Part shown: positions 10,428-20,800 of the stretch, piece after piece
How positions within the stretch are numbered: position 1 is the stretch's first letter
Layout: every line of letters begins with the position of its first letter
Assembly: GCA_964584895.1 (NCBI GenBank)
Contig: CAZPAW010000001.1
Location: forward strand, 197,053 to 261,052
DNA length: 64,000 nucleotides
Source: an uncultured Candidatus Saccharibacteria bacterium
GTDB taxonomy: Bacteria; Patescibacteriota; Saccharimonadia; Saccharimonadales; JAGQNJ01
Direction: 5' to 3'
The notes under the pieces: generated by a model
The model's input: the letters and a program-made list of their open reading frames with translations, nothing else
What the model was told of the DNA's origin: nothing
The model's database searches: none
Program-made: the position numbers and the translations under genes

Positions 10428-11471
10428 ATGAAAAAATATTTATTTGGTTGGTTTAGCTTATTATTGATTGGTTTTAGTATTCTAATGCCAACAATAGCTA
10501 GCGCCGCGTCCGCAGTTGAAACCATTAGTCCAACAGCGTGGCAGCCGGCTAGCGGAGGCTTTCTTACTTTTGCTCAGGCCGGTACGTCACTTCCAAATGT
10601 CACCATAGCTTCTCGAGACACTCCGGGTACTATTATTAATCCAGGACTTGATAGTCCTGAGCCAGCTGGTGGATCGGGCAATGAATTATCAATGATAACT
10701 ATTCCGTCCGTTCTTACCACCTGTTCAAGCGATACGCCGGTTGATGTAACTTTTAGTAGCTACACACGCGAATTACAAAATGCTCAACCTGGAAACGATG
10801 AATACACAATCGTGAGTGGATTAATAGATTTGAGTGGGCCGACAATCGTTATTGATAGTTATAATCAGGATTCACTTGATACTGACGGAATGTACAGCGC
10901 ATCAGGCAGTGGACAGACTATCAGTACCACAGTCGGTAATCTTGACAACATTGTATCTTTTGTAAACTTTGAGGCTGCTACATTCTCAGGTGGAAGCCAC
11001 TATCAGGGTACTGCAGTATTAGGTTTACCAACGATTACACTTAGCTACGATAACGCTACTTGCCCATTGCCACCAACTGTTACCAGTGCTAGTGTCGCAA
11101 GGACAATAGTATCCCAGGATACTGCTTCTGGGGATGTTGTTGTTTCAGGTTCTAGCTATGGTGCTTCTGACGCCAACGAGGATACACTAACCTATAGCAT
11201 AAGTGATGGCAATGACGAAGGTTATTTCGCAATCAATTCTGATAGTGGAGATATTTCTACCACTAGAGCAAATATCCCTGTAGGAACGTACACAATGACT
11301 GTTTTGATCGATGATGGTAATGGTGGTACAGTTGAAGTGACGGTTACGATTACCGTCACAGAATCTGGCGAAGCGTTGGCCGATACTGGAGATAATACAT
11401 ATGTTTACTTGGCGATGGTTGGTGGGCTGTTGCTGGGATCCGTGGCCGTCGCTAAGAAATACTATTCTTAA
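10428..11471 (+). CDS. Surface protein with cadherin-like domain and LADTG sorting signal
   Basis: Signal peptide; LTYSISDGNDEGYFAINSDSGDI cadherin pattern; LADTG-TM-KK tail; start could be 10395. Confidence 0.8.
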   Translation: MKKYLFGWFSLLLIGFSILMPTIASAASAVETISPTAWQPASGGFLTFAQAGTSLPNVTIASRDTPGTIINPGLDSPEPAGGSGNELSMITIPSVLTTCSSDTPVDVTFSSYTRELQNAQPGNDEYTIVSGLIDLSGPTIVIDSYNQDSLDTDGMYSASGSGQTISTTVGNLDNIVSFVNFEAATFSGGSHYQGTAVLGLPTITLSYDNATCPLPPTVTSASVARTIVSQDTASGDVVVSGSSYGASDANEDTLTYSISDGNDEGYFAINSDSGDISTTRANIPVGTYTMTVLIDDGNGGTVEVTVTITVTESGEALADTGDNTYVYLAMVGGLLLGSVAVAKKYYS

Positions 11472-11594
11472 TAACGAACGTAAATAAAGTCATTTTCAAG
11501 AACTTGCGGAAATAAAATATTGTAAAATTTGTGTTTAAACATAAGTTAGTTATTTTTTTGGTAAACTGATAGAGGTTAATTTGTGTGAAAGTTA

Positions 11595-14537
11595 ATGTCG
11601 ATCAGAAGGAAGTGGTTTGAGTTGGGGCATTTTTTTAAGAAACTTATCTTTATCAATATTGTAGGGCTATTAGCTCTGCCATTACTGATATCAATCTTTT
11701 TGTCACAGCCTGTTCGAGCCGATATTTCATCCGGACTCACTGCCTACTATTCGTTCGACGATATTAGTGGTTCAACAGCTCCGGATAGTTCTGGCAACGG
11801 ATATGATGGAACTATAACTGGTGGTGCAGTAACAGTTAGTGGTGCTGTGGGTGATGCACTGAGTTTTGATGGAGCTGACGATACAGTAGATATTCCGCAT
11901 CAACTTCTTGCAAGCCAGACGCCAGATTTTAGCTACAGTTTTTATTTCAAAGCTGACGTTGGCGGTGACGACAGCCAATATTTGTTAGCCCAATCTAGTA
12001 GCGGAACAAATAATAACGACTGTTTTAGTGTGGCCTACGATAACGTGGCTGGGTCGCTTAAAGTATTAACAACAAATGCAGCGCAGAACGCTAGAATCAC
12101 GAGCGATATTGACGCAACCGGCTGGACCCATATTGCGGTAACGCATTCGTATTCTACGAACGAGTCTAAATTGTACATAAATGGCGTTGCACAGACTGGC
12201 TATGCTATGTCTTGTTCGCAGGCGTTAGCATCACAGTTTTTATTGGGACGTTCGCCATGGGCTGGCTACAACCAACAACTTCAGGGCTCTTTAGACGAGG
12301 TCAGGATATATAGCCGGATTTTAAGCGATGCTGATATCTACGATTTAGCCACAGCCGGTGATACTAATAGTGTATCAATAACTACACCTACTGAGGGGAC
12401 AGTTGTCCGTGGCTCTACTACACTAGAATCCAGCGTGTCTGGTTCGCCTGCTATTAGCTCGATACAATATTATGCAAACGGAGAGGCAATTGGCGCCCCA
12501 ATTGCAGACGCACCTTATTCTTACAACTGGGACACAACAGCAATTGATCAGGGCGATTATTCTATTACGGCGGTCGGTACAGATAGCAATGGTGATGCAG
12601 TACCGTCTTTAGCGTTAAATGTAGTAGTAGATAATGACCCAGTGATAAACATGAATAATACCAAAAGTATTCAGCAAACTACGGCTGAAATTGTATGGGT
12701 AACGGATGAACAAACCAACGGCCAGATTGAATATGGTTTAACAAGTTCTTATGGCTCACAGAGTGATCTGGTAAGTGACCTAAGTTATTACCACAACCAT
12801 CAATTAACAAATTTATTACCTAATACTACCTATCATTATCAGATTATCTCTCAGGACAATTTTGGTAATGAGGTTACGTCTGGTGATCTGACTTTTTCAA
12901 CCATAACGGATGTAGCCGGTAATCAATGGCATGTCACAACTGATGGGACGTCTGGAGGTGATGGTTCCATTGAAAACCCGTGGGATTTGGCTACTGCCTT
13001 GGCTCAGCCTCTCAGCGTTCAACCGGGCGATACAATTTGGGTTCATGCTGGTACGTATGCCGGTGTTTTTACTAGTACATTAACCGGGACAGCGAGTTCA
13101 CCTATTGTTCTGAGAAACTATAATAACGAGCGAGTAATTATAGATGGAGAGAGCTCTAATAGTAGCGTCATCACGGTATACGGTGCTTATACCTGGTATT
13201 GGGGACTAGAGGTAATCAACTCTGATATGACTCGAACAATAGAGCAGGCGGGTTCTAATCCGATCACGTTACCTCGTGGTCTTGGTTACTACGTTTTAGG
13301 CCCAGGCACTAGATTCATAAATAATGTTGTTCATGATACCGCGGAAGGTTTTGGGTTTTGGACGCCGGCCACAAACTCAGAATTATATGGAAATATCGTG
13401 TACTACAACGGCTGGGAAGGCCCAGATAGGGGGCATGGCCATGGGCTTTATGTACAAAATAATACTGGGCTTAAAAATCTAACAAATAATATTGTATTTA
13501 AAAATTTCGGCTACGGACTGCACGCTTATACAGAGGGCGGGACGCTACACAATATTCTAACTGATAGCAATGTATTTTTTAGTAATGGCGCGCTATCCAA
13601 CACTGGTTACACACAAAATATGCTTCATGGTGGGTATACGGTAGCTAATAATCCGATGATTTTTAACAATAGGGTCTACTCACCTATCGCGTTGGGTGGT
13701 GGTCTAGGTATCGGCTATGCTGCCGGTTGCAACACGCCGACAATAGAAGGTAATTATATTGTCTCGCATTCAGCATTTGATCTTAGTTCAGACTGTAGCC
13801 ATAACATGGTTTCTGGCAATACTTTTTATGGTTCGTATCCTGGCTCGGCCCCAACAAACTACCCAGATAACGAGTATTTTAATGTTACAGTCCCCACAGT
13901 TAATAATGTATATGTGGCACAGAATTATTATGAACCCACAAAATCTTACGTAACAATATATAACTGGGAGGATTTGTCGAGTGTTGATGTGGATGCATCA
14001 AGTGTATTAGAAGCAAATGATACTTATGCGGTTTATGACACACAGGATTATTTTGGTGAATCAATAACTACTGGTACTTTTTCTGGTACGACACTAGCTG
14101 TGCCAATGACAACTACCGGGCTAACAGATACGGTGGGTGTAGTGCCTGTTGCCCCGACACATACTAGTGAAGAATTCGGTTCGTTTATTTTAGTTAAGAC
14201 TGGGCATACCGATCCAGTGCCAGATGAAGAGATTGAAACACCTGTCGATAATAATTCGTCAAATGATTCAGTATCTTCTGAGGCTGATGAATCTGTACAA
14301 ACATCGTTAGCTAGCATTTTATTTACTAGCTCTAATTTGGGTTCGCAAAAACCTGAAAAAAGCGAAGACGTATCCAACCAAGACGGATCTCCTTTACTAG
14401 AAAATGACCAAGACAAGAACAATTCAAATACTAGCTCAGAAAAAAACAAAGGATTTGGTGATTTACAAAAAGTTTTGGGCTTTGCTTTTGTGTTGGTAAT
14501 AATCACAGGTTTATTATGGAGAGTATTTATACATTAA
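11595..14537 (+). CDS. Multi-domain surface protein: LamG + Ig-like + FN3 + right-handed beta-helix, C-terminal TM
   Basis: AYYSFDD..DSSGNG..LDEVRIYSR (LamG); YNWDTT (Ig); IEYG..LTNLLPNTTYHY (FN3); GDGSIENPW..QPGDTIWVHAGTY (beta-helix start). Confidence 0.82.
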   Translation: MSIRRKWFELGHFFKKLIFINIVGLLALPLLISIFLSQPVRADISSGLTAYYSFDDISGSTAPDSSGNGYDGTITGGAVTVSGAVGDALSFDGADDTVDIPHQLLASQTPDFSYSFYFKADVGGDDSQYLLAQSSSGTNNNDCFSVAYDNVAGSLKVLTTNAAQNARITSDIDATGWTHIAVTHSYSTNESKLYINGVAQTGYAMSCSQALASQFLLGRSPWAGYNQQLQGSLDEVRIYSRILSDADIYDLATAGDTNSVSITTPTEGTVVRGSTTLESSVSGSPAISSIQYYANGEAIGAPIADAPYSYNWDTTAIDQGDYSITAVGTDSNGDAVPSLALNVVVDNDPVINMNNTKSIQQTTAEIVWVTDEQTNGQIEYGLTSSYGSQSDLVSDLSYYHNHQLTNLLPNTTYHYQIISQDNFGNEVTSGDLTFSTITDVAGNQWHVTTDGTSGGDGSIENPWDLATALAQPLSVQPGDTIWVHAGTYAGVFTSTLTGTASSPIVLRNYNNERVIIDGESSNSSVITVYGAYTWYWGLEVINSDMTRTIEQAGSNPITLPRGLGYYVLGPGTRFINNVVHDTAEGFGFWTPATNSELYGNIVYYNGWEGPDRGHGHGLYVQNNTGLKNLTNNIVFKNFGYGLHAYTEGGTLHNILTDSNVFFSNGALSNTGYTQNMLHGGYTVANNPMIFNNRVYSPIALGGGLGIGYAAGCNTPTIEGNYIVSHSAFDLSSDCSHNMVSGNTFYGSYPGSAPTNYPDNEYFNVTVPTVNNVYVAQNYYEPTKSYVTIYNWEDLSSVDVDASSVLEANDTYAVYDTQDYFGESITTGTFSGTTLAVPMTTTGLTDTVGVVPVAPTHTSEEFGSFILVKTGHTDPVPDEEIETPVDNNSSNDSVSSEADESVQTSLASILFTSSNLGSQKPEKSEDVSNQDGSPLLENDQDKNNSNTSSEKNKGFGDLQKVLGFAFVLVIITGLLWRVFIH

Positions 14538-14608
14538 TAATCAAAAAAATATGCAAATTTTACTTCTTGAGAATAAGTACTTATGGTAATATTAACCTAA
14601 GGAAAACT

Positions 14609-17203
14609 ATGGTAGAGTCAGATAATTTTTCAGCAGATTGGTCGCAGTTACTTGATGATATGCCCCACGAACCAGGGGCAGTAGTATCTCCGCATACTCA
14701 ACCCATAACGGCCGGTGCAACTAACTCTGGCGAAATACCAATAAGCTCTAATTTTGCAACAACCAGCAAATCAAGTAGCAATAATAGCGGTACTTCATCT
14801 AGTAGCTTTGGCTCGTCAAAAAATGGCAATAATAAAGGACGCTTCCCTTGGTGGATGTTGTTGCTGTTGTTGCTGTTATTGGGTGGTTCTGCTAGCGCCG
14901 CTGCTGGCTTTAATCCAATATATAGAGCTTTGAAAGTAGTAGGTATAGAAGGCAGAGACGGCAAGGATGGAAACGACGGTCAAGATGGAATAGATGGCCA
15001 GAACGGCAAAATAGTTAAACAAACGAACATAGTAGCGTCGGGCGTTTCAGGATCAGGTTCTGGTGCTGATGGCGCAGACGGTTCAAATGGCGCAGACGGT
15101 GCTGATGGTGCAGATGGCGCCAAAGGCGACACCGGTACGCCTGGTTCTAACGATTGTATCTCTGGTATATGTGTCTCCCGCCAATCTACTACACCCGGCA
15201 CTCAGGAGACTGGCAATATTAACATTGATGGCGCAGTGCTAGCAGCCCAAGTTGGCATCAACGACACGACACCGAGTAACACCCTTACTGTTGACGGCAC
15301 TGTGGATGTTTCTGGTCACTCGGCATTCGGCGGTGCAGCGGTAGACGGATATGTATCTGGTTCTGATGGACTATCGGGCACCTCATCGAGCCTCACAACA
15401 ATGACAGTTAGTGAAGAAATCACATCAATAACTGGGTCAGGCGTCAATCGTCAAGCCCTTGCTGCGGTACTTAAACTCAACCCTGGAGCTGCGCCAGTCT
15501 ATAATCAGATTAACGGTGTCGGCGGTGGTGTCGAAATAGCTTCAGGGAATACGCAGAATTTTACAGGTAATTTAGCTGGTTATGGTGGCGGATTCATACA
15601 CTCTGGGACTGGTACAGTCAATTCTGGCACGTCATTTAACGCCGGCATGCTAAACCTATCTACGGGCACTGTAAGTACTGCAAATGCATTTAATTCAAAT
15701 ATCATTAACCTGAACGCGGGAGGTACTGTAACAAATGCTCACGGACTTCAGACCAATGTTATTAACTTAGGCACAATAACCAATAATTACGGTATAAAAA
15801 TTAATACTCCAACAAACGGTGGTACAGTTACCAATAATTATGGACTGTATGTCGCTGATCAGTCTTCGGTGGGCTCGACAATTTCATTGAATCTGGTTTC
15901 TGCAGGCCTTACCTCTAATAACTGGTTTCAAGGAAGTGTTGGTATAGGGAATATAACTGGACCACTAGATGGACACGTCCACATTGTCAACGATGGAAGT
16001 GGAAATAGCTTTAAAGTCAGCGATACAGCCTATGGAGACACCTCGCCGTTTGTGATTGATTCAGATGGAGATGTAGGCATAGGCACTGCTACCCCTGGAT
16101 ACAAGCTCGATGTCAATGGTGGTGCACGCATGAGCAGTATCAATAATATTACTGGAGATGATTTTTACATTAATAGTGGAGGAAATCAGGTACACATTGC
16201 TGGAAATGGCGGCACAGCATTTAGAGTATACAGTGGTGGCTCAGCGCTTCCGGCTGCATCTGCTTTTGCGGTTGATGCTGCTCAGACAGGGTTGCTGGTA
16301 AAAGGCGCTGCATCACAATCGGCAAATCTTCAGGAGTGGCAGAATTCTATAGGAACTGTACTTAGTTCCATCGATGAGAACGGCTACCTTGGAATCGGAA
16401 CGTCTGATCCTCAGTACGAATTACATATTTCTCAAAACGCTACATGGGCAACGTCGCTTGGGATAACCCAAACGACTTCTGGCAAAACCCTTAACCTATC
16501 TACTACTGGCGGTGCTACAAACAGTTGGAACTTAGAGAACGCAAGTGGCCTACTATACTTCTACAACACTTCACTTTCAGAGACCTCACTTGAGCTTCAA
16601 GATAATGGTAATGTTGGTATAGGCACAAACTTTGGTAGTGCTGGCGCAAAATTGCATGTAAAAGAAGACACCGACACAAATGTGCTGCGATTACAAGACA
16701 GTGATGGTACTTGCGACCTTAATCCAGAATCGGGCTCACTAACAACGACGTGTTCATCCGACGAACGCCTAAAGTCTAACATTCGTGAGGCGGCCAGTGT
16801 GTTGGGTGAAATTAACGGCCTAAAGATTCGTGACTACACTGTTGCTGCCGGTGGACAAGAAACTACCGGCTTGATCGCCCAAGAAGTTTTAGAGACTAAC
16901 CCAGAAATGGTACACATGGGCGAAGATGGCTACTACAAAGTAGACAGCTACAACCCCTGGAAGGTACTAAAGGGGGTCCAAGAACTCAGTGCAAACATCG
17001 ATAATTTACAATCAACGTTTACAACTGCACTAGAGCAAACTAACGGAAACCTTGAAAAAACAAACCAAACGCTTGCTAACTTAGGTTTACGTGTTGACGA
17101 CTTGTCTGCTACTCTTCAAAACTATGCCGATCAATTGTCTGACCACAATCAGAGAATCCAAAGCCTAGAAGCAAAGGTTCAAGAACTAGAACAGGCTAAC
17201 TAG
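14609..17203 (+). CDS. Membrane-anchored fibre protein: TM + collagen-like repeats + beta-rich shaft + peptidase S74-type chaperone domain + coiled coil
   Basis: GxD/GAD repeats, VGIGT repeats, SSDERLKSNI and GLIAQEV...PEMV motifs; AAGGA upstream of ATG 14609. Confidence 0.8.
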   Translation: MVESDNFSADWSQLLDDMPHEPGAVVSPHTQPITAGATNSGEIPISSNFATTSKSSSNNSGTSSSSFGSSKNGNNKGRFPWWMLLLLLLLLGGSASAAAGFNPIYRALKVVGIEGRDGKDGNDGQDGIDGQNGKIVKQTNIVASGVSGSGSGADGADGSNGADGADGADGAKGDTGTPGSNDCISGICVSRQSTTPGTQETGNINIDGAVLAAQVGINDTTPSNTLTVDGTVDVSGHSAFGGAAVDGYVSGSDGLSGTSSSLTTMTVSEEITSITGSGVNRQALAAVLKLNPGAAPVYNQINGVGGGVEIASGNTQNFTGNLAGYGGGFIHSGTGTVNSGTSFNAGMLNLSTGTVSTANAFNSNIINLNAGGTVTNAHGLQTNVINLGTITNNYGIKINTPTNGGTVTNNYGLYVADQSSVGSTISLNLVSAGLTSNNWFQGSVGIGNITGPLDGHVHIVNDGSGNSFKVSDTAYGDTSPFVIDSDGDVGIGTATPGYKLDVNGGARMSSINNITGDDFYINSGGNQVHIAGNGGTAFRVYSGGSALPAASAFAVDAAQTGLLVKGAASQSANLQEWQNSIGTVLSSIDENGYLGIGTSDPQYELHISQNATWATSLGITQTTSGKTLNLSTTGGATNSWNLENASGLLYFYNTSLSETSLELQDNGNVGIGTNFGSAGAKLHVKEDTDTNVLRLQDSDGTCDLNPESGSLTTTCSSDERLKSNIREAASVLGEINGLKIRDYTVAAGGQETTGLIAQEVLETNPEMVHMGEDGYYKVDSYNPWKVLKGVQELSANIDNLQSTFTTALEQTNGNLEKTNQTLANLGLRVDDLSATLQNYADQLSDHNQRIQSLEAKVQELEQAN
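15059..15140 (+). repeat. Collagen-like coding tandem repeat (GADGADGSNGADGADGADGAKGDTG)
   Basis: GGTGCTGAT/GGCGCAGAC 9-nt units. Confidence 0.75.
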
Positions 17204-17262
17204 CGTATACTTCACAGCCCCTATTATTATTGCTAGAATATAGATAAGAGAGGACAAAAATA

Positions 17263-17775
17263 ATGGATGATTTTAAACGTGTTGATGTAACTACAAAACC
17301 TAAGGTTCCGAGTCCCACAACCGAGAAGAAAGTAAAAAAGCCTGGGAAAAAGCGTCGTCTGCCGAAAGCAAGCACGATTATCATTACGGTACTATTATTT
17401 GCCCTAGCTGGTGGCGGATATTATTTTTACAGTAAATATAGCGAAACAAAACAAGAGGTAGAAAAACTGTCTACTGTTCAAGGCCAACAGGAACTTAACA
17501 AATCCCAGACGGAGCAACTGCTAAGTGAAATGCGTAGTATCATAGTCCTACCTGCTGGGGAGGACCCCGTTGTGGCTACAATTACTGACATAAATCAGCT
17601 CAAGAAAAACGAATTCTACAAGGACGCACAAGATGGAGACCGGGTCATCGTCTTTGCTACCGCCAAAAAGGCATATATTTACAGGCCTAGCACAAGAACC
17701 ATAGTAAATGTAGGCGCTTTTCAGCTAGATCAACAAAGCCAAAAACAACCCAGCCAAGACAATACCACTAATTAG
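17263..17775 (+). CDS. Single-TM hypothetical protein
   Basis: TM + short coiled coil + LP..E.P.VATI..GD.V..KAYIYRP; strong RBS. Confidence 0.75.
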   Translation: MDDFKRVDVTTKPKVPSPTTEKKVKKPGKKRRLPKASTIIITVLLFALAGGGYYFYSKYSETKQEVEKLSTVQGQQELNKSQTEQLLSEMRSIIVLPAGEDPVVATITDINQLKKNEFYKDAQDGDRVIVFATAKKAYIYRPSTRTIVNVGAFQLDQQSQKQPSQDNTTN

Positions 17776-17834
17776 AAAGCCTTTTCTGGCTACTTTCAAG
17801 TTTTGACGTAAGCGTTTCTATAGTATAATTAAAC

Positions 17835-20800
17835 ATGAATCAGAGGGTTATGATAAAGACATTGTCAAAACATAAAAAATATTTGTTTTTCGGCATAATA
17901 ATGTTGGTTGTTTTTGCCGTGCCAATTACAAGGGTAAATGCTGCTGCAACCATTACTGTAAATTCTACAGCCGATGACCAAAATAATGATGGAGAATGTA
18001 CCCTAAGGGAAGCCATAGTTGCATCAAATACAGACACAGCTTCAGGTGCTGCAGTCGGTGAATGTACTGCTGGTTCTGGCGCCGACACAATAGAATTTGA
18101 TATCTCAGGGACTGGCTTGAAGACGATCCATATATCCTCCGGGATGCCGACTATCACTCGAACTGTTACGATTGATGGCTATACTCAGACTGACGCTGTT
18201 GTTAATAATGCTGACTTCCCTGATGCGATGAATGGTACTTTAACTGTCGAGATTGATGCCGCCGGAGAATCTGGCATATATGGCTTTGATATTAATGGCA
18301 GCCAGGCTGATGGGACTGTGATAAAAGGACTGATCGTTAATGATATCCCGTACGAAACATTCTATTTGACTGACGTTGATAACGTATCTTTGGAGGGCAA
18401 CTATATCGGTACGAGTTCAACCGGTACTGTGGCTGATGGTGGTAGCTCACACGGTGTTCGAATTGGCGGCAGTTCTACCGGCAATATGATTGGTGGTGCC
18501 ACGGCCGCAAAACGAAATGTCATATCAGGCAACGGGAACACAGGTGTATTATTTTATGGATCTGCGCTAACAACGGGTAATTTTGTGCAAGGTAATTTCA
18601 TAGGCGTTGGGGCAGATGGAACAACAAGAATCGGTAATTCTCAGCAAGGCGTAGCCTCGTCAGAGGGTCCAACCGGTAACATCATCGGTGGTGATGGAGT
18701 TGGTGAGGGGAACGTAATTTCTGGTAACGGTGGGATAGGTGTTTACTTGTCGGGTACGGGTGGTGCTAATACAGTGCAAGGTAATCATATTGGGACAAAC
18801 GCCGCAGGTTCGGCCGGTGTCTATAATGGTCAGGGCGGAATTGTTGTGTCAAACGCAGATAGTAATACCATTGGTGGTTCAATAGTTGGTGCGCGTAATG
18901 TTATATCTGGAAATTCCGCCCACGGCATTTCGATTATCGATGATTCTGATAATAACGATATATCTGGGAACTATGTTGGTGTTGGCAGTGATGGATCTAC
19001 CGCAATGCCTAACGGAGTTCACGGATTACTCATTGAAGGCGGTTCTGGAAGCAACACGATTGGCGGGACTTCATCTGGTGAACGTAATATTATATCTGGC
19101 AATAGTGAAGCTGGGGTCTTTATATCGGGTCCGACTGTAAATTCAAATATTGTACAGGGTAATTATATCGGTACAGACGATACTGGTGCTGTAGACGTTG
19201 GTAATGGATCATACGGGCTAGTATTGGACAATTCGCCATCTAATACTGTTGGCGGTACAACAGGAGTAACTGTTGGTGGTGATTGTACGGGTTCTTGTAA
19301 CGTAATATCTGGGAATGGCGATGATGCTATATGGCTATATGGCGATAGCGCAGATAATAATGTAATAAAAGGCAATCACATTGGCACAAACGTAGCTGGA
19401 ACGGGAGACTTAGGTAATGGCGGTAGAGGTGTCAATATCACATTTAGTGCTGATGGAACCTTAGTCGGAGGCACAACCGCAAGCGACGCTAATCTAATCC
19501 GATTTAACGATGTCAGGGGTGTTTCGATACCGAATTCTGGCTCGATCAATAATGCGATTATCGGTAACTCTCTATATCAAAATGCTATATCAAATATTGA
19601 TCTTTCTGAGGATGGTGTGACAGCAAATGATGCTAATGATGCTGACAACGGACCAAATGACCTACTTAACTACCCAGAGTGGGGGCTATTTGATGACGAT
19701 AGTGGCGACACCGAAGTAACATATGATCTAGATGTTCCGGCTGGCGATTACCGGATAGAAACATTTAGTGATAATGGAAAAACTTTAGTTGATTCACAAA
19801 ATATTACGCACACTGGCTCAGGAGCAGAAAGTTTTTCCAACACTATTACGGGCAATAATTATTCAAACCTTCGAATGACTGCAACAGAGATTGATGGTGG
19901 ATTGTCCAGTGGTTTTGGATCAACTAGCGAATATAGCGAAGCATACTCTGATGGTACAGAAATAATTACCGTAAACTCTACAGCTGACGATAGTAATGAT
20001 GATGGCGAATGTACCTTGCGCGAAGCCATAACTGCAGCTAATGATAATACTGAATCTGGGATAAGTGACGGCGAGTGTATTGCTGGTGCTGCGACTGATA
20101 CCATAGAATTTGATATTGCAGGTGCTGGACCGCACACGATTCAGCCAGGCGCAGCCTTGCCATCGATAACAGCAGACGGTACGACCATTAATGGCTATAG
20201 TGAAACAGGAGCAGTAGAGAACTCTGGTGACTATAGTGCATGTTTTGTAGGTACGATCATGATAGAAATCGATGGTCAAAATGCCGGTAGCGTATCTGGG
20301 CTGACAATTTCTGCTGAGAATGTGACAATCAGAGGTCTGGCAATCAACAGATTTACATATAGTGGAGTTTATATAGGGTCAGCGAGTGGTACGGTAGTTG
20401 CAGGGAATATTCTTGGACTTGATGACGCAGGGTTGGTTGACCACGGTAATGGCGATGCTGGTGTTGACATAAGAAGTACTGGGGATACTTTGATTGGTGG
20501 TACGACTGCTGCAGATCGGAACCTAATCTCCGGTAATGAAGGGTTTGGCGGGATAAGTTCTTATGCAGATACAGGCACGATAACAATTAGTGGGAATTGT
20601 ATCGGCACTGACGCAACTGGTGATACTGCAATCCCGAATAACCATAGCGGGATTAATTTATATCAAGCCGAGGCGAATATGGTTATCGGCGGCGACACCA
20701 CTCACGAGCGCAATATTATATCTGGTAACGACGAAAACGGTATCAGCATTTCAGAGAGTAATGTGGGTGATATAAAAGGCAACTATATCGGAGTGGATGC

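Noticed and set aside
14609-17203. Prophage, suggested by the tail-fibre chaperone domain
   Set aside because: No integrase, terminase, capsid or lysis genes recognised; the protein has a TM anchor and surface-protein neighbours
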